A stretch of 64,000 bases of DNA from Antechinus flavipes (Eukaryota), in assembly GCF_016432865.1 (NCBI RefSeq), contig NC_067398.1:658068001-658132000 (forward strand). The letters are read 5' to 3'. How positions within the stretch are numbered: position 1 is the stretch's first letter; every line of letters begins with the position of its first letter. Shown in pieces: positions 23,935-37,800 of this stretch. The notes beneath the pieces were generated by a model. It saw only the letters and a program-made list of their open reading frames with translations, had not been told where the DNA came from and ran no database searches. Made by a program: the position numbers and the translations under genes.

Positions 23935-26900
23935 GTGTGTTCAGGGAAGACTAGTCCCTCTGAACTAAAGGCTAAACCTTACAGGGATGATTTCCACCTT
24001 TGGTATCCACCTGATCCACCTAACTCTCACCTGCAGCCCCCAAAAGCTGTCATGTGCATAATTCTCAAACTACAGTAAATCGTTTTGGCAAGTGGGCTAA
24101 ATCAGATTGAGGGTAATCAAAGGACCTTAATGATGATTAAGGGAGATGAAGTTAGGGAGATGAAGACTTCCTCTGGTGGACATCACCCATTCCATTTTGC
24201 CATTTTTAACTATCTCAAGTGGTTGGCGAAGTTCCAAAGATCTTGTGATAAAGAGAGCCATCTACACCCAGAGAGAAATTGTGGGAACTGAGTGTGGACC
24301 ACAACATAGCATTTTCACTCTTTTTATTGTTGTTTGCTTGTATTTTGTTTTCCTTCTCATTTTTCCTTTTTGACCTGATTTTTCTTTTGCAACATCATTA
24401 TTGTATAAATATGTATGCATACATTGGATTTAATACATATTTTTACCATGTTTAACGTATTTTTGGATTACTTATCATATAGGGGAGGCGGTGAGAGGGG
24501 GAAAGGGGGAAAATTAGACCACAAGTTTTTGCAAGGGTCAATGTTGAAAAATTATCTATGCATATGTTTTGAAAATAAAAAGCTTTAATAAAAACAAATT
24601 TTAAAATATCAAATGTTCATGTCTAGGCTGAGCTAATATAATAAAAATGGCAATTCTAAAAATAAAGTGACTGGTGAGTGATGAAGCAGTAGGTGCACAT
24701 ACATTGGGAGCTATGGTCCAAACCCTGCCAAATTCGGGCCAGAGGATTGTCTTTCAACTGGCAGCATCAGTGGACAGCCTCCTGAGTAGCCTTTTAGGGA
24801 TTGTCCCATTCACCTTCTAGTATGAGGAAGGAGTTAGAAAAAGTGCCCTACTCTCTTCAACAATGAGATGATTCAAACCAATTCCAATTGTTCAGTAATG
24901 AAGAGAGCCCAGAGAGAGAACCATGGGAACTGAGTGTGGAGCAAAACATAGATTCTTACTCTTTCTGTTGTTTGCATTTTATTTTCTTTCCCAGTTTTTT
25001 TTTTCCTTCTTGATCTGATTTTCCTTGTGCAGCAAGATAACTGTATAAATATGTGTACATATATTGGATTTAACATATTTAACATGTATTGGACTACCTG
25101 CCATCTAGTGGGGGGAAGGAAGGGATAATTTGGAACAGAAGGCTTTGCAAGGGTCAATGTTGAAAAATTACCCATGCTTATATTTTGTAAATAAAAAAAC
25201 TTTAATTAAAAAAAAAAGAAAAGGTGCCCTAAAAATCACTTGCTTACCCAACCTTGACCTGATTACTATGTCAGATGGGTATCCTACCCTGTAGTCAAAA
25301 CGCAAAAAAAGTGCAAAAACGTCTGCAAAGATGATTCTACTCATCCTCAGTACATGGAATGTGTGCACACTTTTAGACACAAAAACCTAAATCTAAAATA
25401 AACCTAAAAGATGAGCAGTTCTTGTGGCAAGAGAATTCGCCAGGTATCAAATCCAAATTGCATTCCTGAGTGAAATAAGGTTGGTAAATGAAAGTCAGCC
25501 TCCTGAAGTAGGAGCTGGATACACATTTTCTGGCTCTAGTGAAGGGAAGTACTGTGAAGCAGTTGTGGGTTTTGCAATCAAAACTAGTCTAGTCAACAAG
25601 CTGGTGTACCTACTGAAAGGAGTGAACAACAGGTTCGTGACAGTTTGATTGCCACTTGCGGGAAAATGCTGGGCCATGATGCCCATCATCAGTGCCTGTG
25701 GTCCCACCTTGGTAAACCCTGATCAAGTCAAAGAAAAAATTTATGGAGATCTGGAGACCCTTGTCATCAGTGTGCCAAAAAAGGACAAACTTTAAAGGAA
25801 AATAATCATAATGATAATAAACAAATAAAATAAATAAGTCTGAGTGTTTTTTTTTTTTTTTTGCTGAGGCAATTGGGACTTGCCCAGGGTCACACAGCCA
25901 GGATGTGTTAAGTATCTGAGGTCAGATTTGAACTCAGGTCCTCCTGACTTCAGGGCTGGTGCTCTATCCACTGAGCTGCCCCTCAGAACAAAAATCTTAA
26001 CAAGATGTTTGTAGAACTGACCAAGACCTTTGCTATTGTCAATAATTAAGGTTTATGGGAAATTATGTCAAAGTTTGGTTGCCTAGAAAAGCTCATTAGG
26101 ATTGCACACCATTGCCACAATGGCATTATGCACAGGGTGGAACAAGGCTGGCTGCTTGCTCCTGTGCTTTTTTAGCGTGATGCTTTCAGCCATGTGCCTT
26201 CACTGAGGAATACTGCCTCGAGGTCAGCTGCCACACTGAGAGAAAATTCCCCTTGAAAAGGCTACAAGCAGGGAGTGTTAGCCCATGCTTTTTGATTTGC
26301 AGATGGTTGTACACTCAATGCAGCCTCTAAGATGAAATACAGCAAAGAATTCTCTGCTGCTTGTGCTGATTTTGGCCTAAAGGAGAGGTATTAGACTAAC
26401 TGAAGGTCTGCAGAGCCACTGTGCTGAGCTCATTGTTGTGTGTCTGAGAAAGCTGGACAGTCTGCCAGCGTCCTGCCAGGAAACTGAACTGTTTCTTAGT
26501 AAGATTCTGAAGAACGCCTGAGTAGAGAAGATATCAGATCCTTTCTTAACTAAATTGTCACACTCTACTGCAGACAGCACATTTGGACTGACCACATTAT
26601 TTGAATGCCAAATGTACACTTACCCAAAAGAGTATTTTGCTTTTCCTTCTTATTTAATTATAATTTTATTAATAAAATGTTTATTTTATTGCTTTTTAAA
26701 TTCATCAAGTGTCCTTTTAGGACACTCGCATGTCTTTCTTAAGAACTTTGGAAGTGGATAACTTAGGAGGCCACTGGCACAGAACCTCCCAGCATAGTGT
26801 CCCCTCATCAGAGAAAATGTGCTCTGTGAGCAAAGCAGAATTTATTCAATTCAAAAGAAACTTGAGATGCACAAATTTAGAGAATCCACTCTAGATGTTC

Positions 26901-27010
26901 ATATGGATTATTGTCTCTGATCTGTGGCAGAGAATTCTGAGCTCGTATTGGTCTGATCAGCCACAGTTGGAATATTATAACTTAACATAGTAATGTCATT
27001 TTGGTCTTCT
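23935..27010 (+). mobile_element. Decayed RTE LINE with nested L1 3' ends (about 24220-24600 and 24851-25216) and a SINE (25847-25982)
   Basis: Endonuclease-like STWNVCTL..LVAREFARYQIQIAFLSEIRL..GAGYTF at 25340-25650. RT-region fragments at 26050-26350. RTE-style 3' tail ACATAGTAATGTCATTTTGGTC near 26990. Outer limits are approximate. Confidence 0.75.
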
Positions 27011-27028
27011 TCAAGAATGAAGAACCAG

Positions 27029-27178
27029 GGGCAGCCAGATGGGGCAGTGGATAGAGCACCCACCCTGAAGTCAGAAGGACCAGAGTTCAAATCTGACCTC
27101 AGACACTTAATACTTCTTGGCTGTGTGACCTTGGGCAAGTCACTTAACTCCAATTGCCTCAGGAAAAAAGAAAAAAAA
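27029..27178 (+). mobile_element. WSINE1-like SINE with target-site duplication
   Basis: A/B boxes and an AATTGCCTCAG+poly-A end. AAGAACCAG flanks both sides. Confidence 0.9.
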
Positions 27179-30100
27179 AAGAACCAGCCAGCATTAGAGG
27201 CTCTCCTGTGCTCTGAGAAATGAATGGACCAAGTAGCAGACTGACCCATTATGCTTGAATTAGGACTAGGCTTCTTGCCCATGATTGTGCCTAACAACCA
27301 GAGATGAGATAGAGAATCTTCACTAAAAAGGGCTTAGTTTACCCAATATTTCTTTTCTGGAGAGGCTTCACAGAACTTCTCAAATACTCTGAATTCTACA
27401 CAGTTGTTAGATCAGTATTTTAATTCTAAGCATATAAATTATTCCATGTTGTGATGTCAATCAATCTTCTGCCCTTGACAGCACCAGGCAAATACAACTC
27501 CTTCAGTAATGATAGGAAAACTTGACCTTTAAGATAAAGGGGGATGAGTGGATAGAGAGGAGAACATGATATATTCAACTGGGGCTATACAGGGTAGAGT
27601 CCCATATTATTTTATCTTCAGGAATCATCCTTGTCTAAAGAAACATAGAAGAAAAATTAAGAGATTGGATAGGAAAAGCCTTTTAAATGATCACAGGTAG
27701 TGGTTATGTAAATATAAAAATATAAACCCTTTATTGTTCATTTGTCATCCATAGTCTGGTGCCCCACCCCCCCTTCTCATTTAAATGCTCCCTGGTGGCG
27801 GTACTATAGTCAATCTTCAAAGCAGCTGTTTCTCCATGTCACTGTAGCAAATGAACTAATTCTCTCTTTTTTTTAATTTTTTATTTTTAAACTAATTCTC
27901 TTAATGTCCTTATACCTATCTTTAGTCTTTCGTGTAGTTAGAAAAGTGAGAGGGCAAGTATGGACTAGGTCATGGTCTTAGTTCCACACAAGCAGCCATT
28001 TGTATAAAAGAGCCATTCCTAAGTTGAGTCAGAGAAAACTTTTCAATAGTCTTCCTGCATTTTTCTCTAGGACACTAGGGAAATAGATATGTGATCTTAG
28101 TGACTCATGAGTTCCCTTTAATGCTATATCCATTCATTCATTCCTGCCCATCCTGTGTGAATTTCATCCATGTCCCTCACCAAAGGTAGCCCACCCAACA
28201 TACTGGGGGCCTTTCTTGATTTCTTGATTTCTCCTGACATTATGAGACTACAAGTGGAGACCTTTGCTTGTCCCCCTTACATTTCAGTCAGTTTTCTCTT
28301 TATATCATACAATTTCTTGATGACTTCCTCAAAGTACCTCATTGGTTACAGGTTGTAGGCAGCTCACATCACCACGGCTCTTTCTGTAGTCTTTCTGTGT
28401 AATGTCTATTTTTAGACAATAGTAGGCAATTTAGACAATAGGAGGCAATAGTATTGTGGGTCTCATTACTATAGAGTATATGATATTTCCTTGCAAAGGG
28501 TGATTGACTTTTCAATGAAGGATTGATCTAGTTAATCTCTGATTATGATGACCATTTTTATAATTAGTAATACCAGCTAGTATTTATATGGCACTTTGAG
28601 GTTTGGAAAGTGCTTTGCATATGTTATTTATTTGGGCAGGGAAGTAGAAACCAAGTGACCCCCATCTCTAGCTACTTAGATGACTTCTGTCTCCCTTCAA
28701 GAACCATCACAGCAAATCTTCAGAAGGCTGCAGAGCAAGTAGGAATGTGTCATATTTTATTTACTTGGATGGACTGAAAAGTGAACTGGAATCTTGGGAA
28801 GACTTTGGCACCATCATAATTAGTCATAATTATCCAGTTAAAAAATAAGAGTGCTACTCCAACAAATTTTGACCCTCACAATTCATCAGACCTTAGTTTC
28901 CTCTTCCTTAAAATGAAGGATTTATACTGATCTGTAAGACACTGTTCTGTATGTGTGTATCTATGTGTATAAAACATATGTGGGTGATAGATCTATTTAT
29001 TTATCTACCTAATCTATGCTTCCATCTTGATAAAGCTAAATTGACAATGCTGTATTATAGAAATGGTAGAGAGTCCCTCGCCCTTGTATCATCTTTTTTT
29101 TTTTTTTTTCAGGATGGAAGATAGAAGAATGCATTCTCTAGCCTGGTTACAAATGGTGTCCTGGCCAATGGCCTGTCCTTTCTGGTAACCTGGCAACAGG
29201 CTTTCTCTTTGAGAATTCTTCCCAGTGATTGGAGCCCAGGCTGCTAATGGATGATTCTTCAGAGTTCTCAAGGAAAGGTTTTCATTGAGCATGTTCTAGT
29301 AAATTGTGAATTATTGAGAGATATGAGTGGTTCATCTATACAGTGTCATTTTGGAAGATCAGAGCAGCTAAAAACAATAGGAAAATAGAGCATTATGTGG
29401 TATAGCTTGACACGCATAAGGATGGAGGTACTGTTTGCTCTGTTGCATGCTGTTTCTATTTTCTCACTGAAAGGGCCGTTTCCATAGGAATAGGGCCGGT
29501 CAGTCTGGAGAAAAACATAAAATGATTTTCAGGAAAAGAAACAGAATTGGGATTGGAATCCAGAATTCCAGCCTCATCCATGAATTGCCATTTGCATAGT
29601 TATTCTTAGATGGTCTTTATTTCTTACAGACTTGCCCCCAACCCTTGTCCTGTATCCTCACGCCTGCAGACAGGAGCTCACTTCAGGAGGACTTAGGAAC
29701 CTCCCCCAAAGTAGGATGCTTAGTGACTGATCACCTAGCTCTCCTTTTTTCAGACTTCTTTCTATTCCAGCTCCTGTTCTGACTCATTAGCTCTCTCCCC
29801 AACTCAACCACCTCCACAATCACAGATAAACTTGTTTAGGTGGGAAAACCTGAAAGTCATAAATCAAGACAGACCCTTCTTGAGGTACCAATGTTTAAAA
29901 CTCATCATGGCCATCCTCTTGGACTCCTAGGATTCCCAAGACTCCTCAAATGCCTAGACACGCAAGGGACTCACTCTCCGGATCTTTTGAAGGTCTCAAG
30001 GTTACTTACAGTCTCCAATCTCCTATCTAAAATAAAAAGACACCCAAGTAAAGAGCTGAAACCTGTATTCATGGAATTATAGGTCAGCCTCCAAGGGAGA

Positions 30101-33100
30101 AGGCCCATGGCCTCTCCCCTTTATAGTACTGTTTTTTATCAGACACCATCAACAAAGGAGTAACACTGAGAGAGGAGCTGAGAGGGCAGCTAAAGGCTTT
30201 TGATAGTGCCTCCAATTTAGGTTTTAAAATAGCAACCAATCAAATTGCCATTTTCCATGAAGTACATGGCAAACCACTCCAGTATCTTAGCCAAGAAAAT
30301 CCCAAATGGGGTCATGAAGAGGCAGACACGACTGAAAAGACTAAATAACAACAAGAATAACGTGGTGCATATCTGTAGAATACGCTCCAAATTCTCTCAA
30401 TTCCATTACTCATTGTCACAACTCCCTCCTCTTCTATGGGGGGACTGCATCAGCCACTAGTGCATCCTGTGCAGACTTCAGAAGAACTGGGTCTATTGGA
30501 CAGTCCCCTATGACAAAAGAATAAACACAAAAGAGAGTCCACAGACGGTTGTCTGCTGGCTACCCCTACCTGTCCGCTGTAAGCCGTCCAAGCCGTCCTG
30601 GTTGGAAAGCTGCCAGGGAAGAGAGATTGGTCTCTTGTAATGTTGGTATGTACCGTACGTTCAGTCTCTCCTATTTCATCAGGCCTTCTATCTTCAAAGG
30701 CAATTAGAGGGCTTTGCATAATAACATAATACTAACCTTGAGACATCATGGCCAAAATCAGTTTCGAAAATTCCCCAGGTTGGGTGGGTAGCAGACAGAA
30801 ATGTGGGTTTAAAGGATGGGGCCTTCATTTGCCAGTCCTTTGATTTCATTTATTTTTGGCAAGAGAACAATGGCTACCTTGGGAAGGAGAAGGAGGCCAC
30901 AATAGAGAAAGCACCTGTGGATATTTTTGTTTTGTGCTCTCTCTCTGCTTATTCTCACACTTTTTTCTATGTAAGCTTTTCCTCCAAAACTCAGGACTGT
31001 TTATGCTGAGCCGGTCATAGGAATCTCTGTCCCCAAAGCAAGCAAACAAAATCTCTTTTTAAAAATCTTTTCTTTTTCTCTCTCAGCCCTTTTTTCCCCC
31101 AGGGTTAAAACAATCTATTTTTTCTACGAGTGACATGTCACTACAACACCATCAGCCCTAACTTTTCAAAAGGAAATAAAAAAACCTTTTTTAAATTTAA
31201 GAATTTGAACATTACTTGTAGATGTTGAGGCTTCAGAAAAAAAAATATTGAATAGTATCTCCTTTGTACCATCCCAAAGTAACAAAGCCCATTGTAACCC
31301 TCTTAGTCTATTTTCTCCCTCATTTTCTCCTCTGTGAGTAGCAACACCCTCCCCCCATCCACCAGTTCTTAGGACTGGTCTGTTATATTTTGTCTGTTTT
31401 AGAGAAGACTGAAAATGAAAATAAAATGGGGGGACCTTTAAAGCATTTAAAAAATATGGTAATTTTTACTTTTTATTGCTTGTTTTGAACTTCACAAATA
31501 AATGAGAACAAAACTTCCCCCTGTGTCCGCTGTCTGCTGTCTGTGATCATAGGGTTTTGAAACGGATGTTGTTCAGTATAGATGTTGTAAAAAGCCTGAT
31601 AATAGGGACTGGGAAAATATGCTCTTCCTGTTAAAAAAAAAGAGAGAGACACAGAGACAGAGAGGAGAAAGAATAGAGAAATAAAAACAGAGAGAGAAAT
31701 AGAGAGACAGGAAGATACAGAAAGAGACAGAGGGGAAAAGGGAGGGGAAAAGAGAAGGAGAAAGGGAGAGAGAGAAAGAATAGAGAAATAAAAACAGAGA
31801 CACAGAAATAAACAGGGAGATACAGAAAAAGACAGAGGGGAAGAGAGAAAAAGGGAGGAGAAAAGGGAAGGAGAGAAAGAAAGAGAGACAGATCAATAGA
31901 GATAGAGACAAAAGACAGAGACACAGACATGGAGACAAAGACAGAAAAAATAGAGGCAGATGAGGGAGATAGAGACAGAGAGAAAGAGTTTTCCATAGAT
32001 TCACTTTTCTTCTCCTCTTTCTCTCCTTTTTTGCTTAAAAACAAACCCACCTTGTGTATGGCACTGCTGTTTTTGGAATGGGAGACAGTGCTACTTGGGG
32101 GTGGATGGGAGCAGGAGTGGAGCTCCATACCTCGTCTCCCTCACGCTTGTGTCCTTCTGTCCATTTTAGGAGCACCCAGAATCACCTGCCTGGTCTCCCT
32201 TTAGAATTCCTATTCAGTTATTTTCCTATACTAGACAATTGAGATATTGATTAATGCTTTGTACCCAATATTCCCGTGGCTTTTTTCTCCCAAGAGAACC
32301 TGTAACACTGCTTTTTCAGCAGAAACATCCCCAGATCTAAAGGAGTTGAGTTCAAATCTACTCCTTACTTCCTGGTTGACAGGAAACAAGTCATTTGTAC
32401 TTGCTTTGCAGGAGGCTGGGATGACAGAATAGTTGGAAAATGCTCTGCAAAACTTCAGGTGTGATGGAAATGTCACCTGCTCATGTTTCCTTTCCTGGAT
32501 CTTGAGTTTCCTCATCTGGAAAATGCTGTTAATGACTTCTCTACCAACCTTCTTCATGTGTTAGGAGTGAGAGTCAACGAAGTAATATTTACCCCCTTAA
32601 AACAGGCCCCTCCCCTAGTGAAATGGGGTATTTCACCAGTCAAGATTGCCCCATGGGCAGGATAGAGCACTGAAGGTTTCATAGAGGAAATAGTTTAAAA
32701 CCTTGCCAAGAATCCTGAGACTTGTGGGATTTTGCCCTCTTAATCTAGCAAAAAAGCCTTTTATATTTCTGATCATAAAAGACATATATGCATATGTATA
32801 TGTGTATCTATATTTATATGTATGTGTGTGTGCGTATTTCCTTAAGAAAGGAGACCAAACCAAACTATTTCTGTTCAAGAGACTGAGAAAGGGTTAAAAA
32901 ATGTCCTCTCTCCAAATTTCCCTTCCCCATTGCTGGTCACTAGCTGGCATCAATTTATGATATGTTTCCTTACTAGGTTTAAGTTGTTTCTTTATTTTGA
33001 TTTTGCTTTTTTCTTCACATAAAAGCTATGGTTGAACATAACATTTGTGGGTGGCCTGTTTGTTCATTAGTGGAATACATAGTGGGCTGATGGGAGATGC

Positions 33101-34825
33101 CAGCAGTTAGCTGAAATAAAAGTACAAAAAAAAAAAAAATCAGAAGAATCAATTCTGTTCTAGTGACCAGATCTTAGAACTTAGCATTTTAATGTATTTT
33201 TACTAGTAAGTGATAAATCTTCAAAACAGTGGGATTTTAAACTGAACTTTTCCCCGTGTACTAAAAAAGCAGGACAGTGAGAACTTGGGTAACTAGGACT
33301 AGACATCATCTGCCTTTCCTGTTTCATTCCCTAGAAATAAGCCTTTAAATAACACCTACTATGTGCCAGACATTGTGCTGTCTCCTCCCCTTTTTTTAAA
33401 CTAAAAATTATCTCATTTGATCCTCACAACAACTCTGCAAGGTAGGTACTATTATTATCCCCACTTTATAGCTGAGGAAACTGAGGCAGACAGAAGTTAA
33501 GTGACTTGCCCAGAGTCATACAGGGAGTAAGTATTTGAGGCCAGATTTGAAATCAGGTCTTCCTGACTCCAGGATTGCATCACCAGCTGCCCTTAAGAGA
33601 GAGAGAAGGGAGTGATGGGGAAAGAGGTGAGGAGAGTGACAGAGACAGAGAGAAACACACAGAGACAGAAGGTGATAGAGACAGAAAGAAACAGAAACAA
33701 GAGAGAAAGAAAAAGGAGGAGCAGGAGGAGGAGAGAGAGGGGGTAAGGGAGGGCAGAGAAAGAGAAATGGAGGAGAGAGATTTGAGGAGAATGAAAGCTC
33801 AACCCTCCAAGGAGACACAGTGTAGTCTTGAGGAGAAGGGAGATGTGAGTACAAGTCAGCCAGCTTTGCTTTTCAGGGTATCAGCTATTAGTTTATATGA
33901 GTATCCTGGGGTTTAGGGCTGGATTTTACAGAGGGAATTGAGCACCCCGGGAGGCTGTGACTTATCCACAGTGGCCCAGAGCTGATAGTCAAACTCTGGT
34001 CTTCTGAAAAGTTATTATTCTTCCCATTGTACCACACAGACTCCTCTCTCTAGGCCCCCATCTCTGTCCTCCAAGGATGGGAAAGAACTGGGTCCCTTCT
34101 CTATAGCCCTGTAGGACTCATAATGCCCTTTCTTCATGACAACCCCTGGAAGTATTAGATGGCACAAGAATTATATTAGCGCTGTTTTATAGTTGAGGAA
34201 AAAGGCTCCACAGGTCGCTGGGCTTGCCCAGGCTCACGCAGCTAGCAGGCATCTGAATCCTGATTTAAACCCAGGTCGCCCAGTCTCCCCGGCTGGCACT
34301 TGTCCAACTGCCCATTGCTGCCCATAACATCTTATAGGGAGAGACAATCAGTGAGACAATGTGTCCAGGGGCGCCCCGTAAGTAAGAATTTGAAGATGGG
34401 ATTGGAATCCAATTTTCTTGTCTCCACTACTCTATTCCACTACTCTCAGCTGCCTTCTGATAATTCTGATCAAGAACTGAACAAGAAAATAAATCATGGG
34501 TTATCAGAACTGGAAGGGAGTACTCCTGAAACAGACCCACAGAGGGGCGGTGACTGGGACCCCAAAAGAGTGGCAGGACCAGCCCTTGGAGACTTGGCCC
34601 ATCCCTGGCTAACGTGGATGTTTTAGGTGATTCTCAGGGGACACAGGTCTGGCCCATTGCGTTTCTTGACTTTGCTGTACAGGGGTATCCCAGGCCCCCT
34701 CCTTTTTACCTCATGGAGGGCCCCAGGAAGTGTCTCTTGGTAATGCTGAGGCTCTGGGCTGTCCTGGCGGTGTAGCATCTTGGAGCTGTGGACCTCCAGT
34801 GAGGGTGGGGGGAGAGCTTCTGGTT

Positions 34826-37800
34826 CTACTGCAGACTGTCAATGACGGAACAGCATTTGGCAAAGATATTTTCTGCAGCGTCTTCTGCCAGGATCTGAAG
34901 GAGTGTTAGGTATAGAGGGGGAAGGGTCAGCCCCAGGCCAGGGGAGGAGGGACCCCTGTTTCTTACTTCCCGCCAAGTGCATCACTACCACCAGCCCATA
35001 CTCAGAAATGGGGATTACTTGTCATGGGAGGCAGAGCTTTCAGGGACGTCAGATATCAACCCCATTCATTTTTCAGATAAGGAAACTGAGAAATCTCAAG
35101 ATCACATGAGCACAACAAATTTGAGAGTCAGGATCTGAATCCAAGTTGCTCTGACTTCAAATGCAGGCCCCATTCAACTACATCATTATTTTCTGCTTTA
35201 AGGAAACCTGACATCTAAAAATGCCATTTCCTTCAACATCAGAGGTGGAAGCTAGATCTGTCTCCCCTGCTCTAGGCTGCTTTCTGGTAATTCTGATCAA
35301 AATCTAAAGAAGATATCATGCAGTTTATGATCTGCTAATAAGATTAGCAGTAATCACCTCTCATTGGCTATAAAATTAAATAGTAATTTTCTATTTTAAA
35401 ACGGCTGAAGAGGAGAATAAATCATGGGATATCAGAACTGGAAACGAGCACCCTTAAAACAGACCTTCAGAGGGGGTGGTGACTTGGACTCAAATGGCAA
35501 CCCATCCCTGGCTAATGTGGGTATTTTAGGGTACCCATAATTGCTCATGATTCTCAGGGGACAAGAGTCTATTCCCTTTTCCATTTTTCAAATGGAAAAA
35601 AATGAGTCATTGAAAAGGAAAGTCCCAGAACTAGGAAAAATGAGTTGAAATTGCAAGTGGACAAATTTAAGTTTGAGGTATTGAAAAACTACCACATAAT
35701 TAGAGCTATCTTAGAATGGGATGCTCAGACCAGTGACTTGTGCCTCACTAACAATAGCTAATAATAATAAGCATTTGTATAGCACTTACTATGTGCCAGA
35801 CACTTTATTGTCTATCATCCTCCTCACATTGTCCCCCACTTTGCAGATGAGGTACCGAGGCAAACGGAGGTCGAGGGGCTTGCCTGCAAGGAGTCTGCCT
35901 CCAAGCCCAACCTGGATGGCATTTTTCAGGCTGGTTGGGGTTCAGGAGAGGTTGAGCTGGGCCTTGGGGTCCCCTCCCTTCCAACTTAAGATTCTATGAC
36001 TCAGACTAATGGAGCTAGAAGGAATTTAGATCACAGAATGTAGAATGTTAAGAGTTGGGGGAACCTTAGCTCATAGAACACAGAATGCCGGAGCACAGAG
36101 GGAACTTGGACATCATCCAGCCCGCCCCCCCTTATCTTACAATCTTGAAAGGAAAAGCTTCAAAGAGGGAAAATGGTTTGCTTTAGGTCACGAACCAAGT
36201 GGCCGAGCCACTATTGAGCCCAGTCCTGGGGCTGGGATCTTTCGGTTTGCTTCTTACTGTGCTGCCATCCAGACTTCCCTGTAAATGGAAGCAGAGACCC
36301 TCCCCTTTTCCTCTGCCCTCTCCCAGCTGGGATCATTTCGCTCCCCCCCCCCCTTTTACAGGTGAAGGCCTGAGCACAGGCCGTAGGAGCACCTACATTC
36401 CGGAGAAGGTTTTTCTGCTGGTAGAAAGCCAGGATGGGCTCGCACAGGGTGTAATGGGTCTCCAGCCGCTGGCGTACAATGTCCTCAGCATCGTCCTCAC
36501 GGTGCTCTTCCTGGCCTCGAAGCAACACCCGGTGAATCATGGTCTCCGTGGAGCAGTCGAAGACAATGACGATGTTGGGGGAGCGGCCCACCTGGTGGGG
36601 TGAGGCAAGGGAAGAGGCTGCAGGGGTTCCCCCCCTCCCCATCCCCCCGCCAGTCTCAGAGACGCTGACTGAGAGAGCAGCGAGGGCCTAGCTAGCAGTA
36701 GTTATGAAGAGGGTAGATGGGCCTTCCAAGAGTCAGGGGCCTGTCTTTGGAGGTGCTCAAGAGGAGAATGGATGGCCATGCTTGGGGATGTCGGAGGGAA
36801 CGGCCCTACTTGTTGGCTCACTCACACATGAAAAATCAGTAATAATAATGGTGATGAGTAGTAACATTTACATAGTGTTTATTAGGCTCCAGGCCCTGTG
36901 CTCTAAGCTTCTGATCCAAAATGGCACCTGGGAGGCAGGTGCTATTATCCCATTTTACAGATGAGGTAACTGAGGTAAACAGAGACTTAATAACTTGCCC
37001 AGAGTCACAGAAGTAGTAAAAATCCAAATTAACCTTTTTGAGTAGGTTTTGTTGAGGGGGGAGGGTTTCTTTGTATTTTTAACTCTGAGACTCCTTCTGT
37101 GAATGTCAAAGGAAGAGTAGTGGACAAGGAATCAGAAGGTCTGGGTTCAAAACCCAAACTTTCCCTTTCTGGGCTTCAGTTTCTGCATTTGTAAAATGAT
37201 TAGATTTGAGCTAAATGATCTTTTAGGTCTCTCTTATCTCAAAAAACTATGAAACACATGCCTGTGTGACCTTTATAAGTCACTTACCTCAAACTTTGTG
37301 GGCCCTGGTTTTCCATTTGTAAAATGGGAATAAAATGGGAATCTCCCCAAAAAAATCCTATTAAGAAAATGTTCTGTAAACTGCAGAACACTACAAATAA
37401 GTATTGCTATTACTGTTATTATAGGTAATATCAAAAATCAAGTTTTTATAGCAACTTTTACAAAGTGTATTTTTTTTCTATAATAACTCTGTGTGATAAG
37501 TTGTGTCTCCATTTTTAAAGAGCGGGGAAAGTTATGTTTTTATGGGAGGAAAGTTGGCAAAGTTGATGAGAGTGTTGGCCCTAGAGTCAGGAGGACCTGA
37601 GTTCAAATCCAGCTTCAGATACTCACTAGCTATGTGACCCTAGGCAATTACTTAACCCTGTTTGCCTCAGTTTCCTCATTTGTAAAAATGAGCCAGACAA
37701 GGAAATGGCAAAATTACTCCAGTGTGTCTGCCAAGAAAAATCCCAAATAGGGTCACGAAGAGTCAGACATGACTTAGACTCAAAAGCAAACTTATGTTTA

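Noticed and set aside
27029-27100. tRNA genes at A/B-box sequences
   Set aside because: The boxes are the heads of tRNA-derived SINEs with CORE or poly-A tails. No cloverleaf was found.
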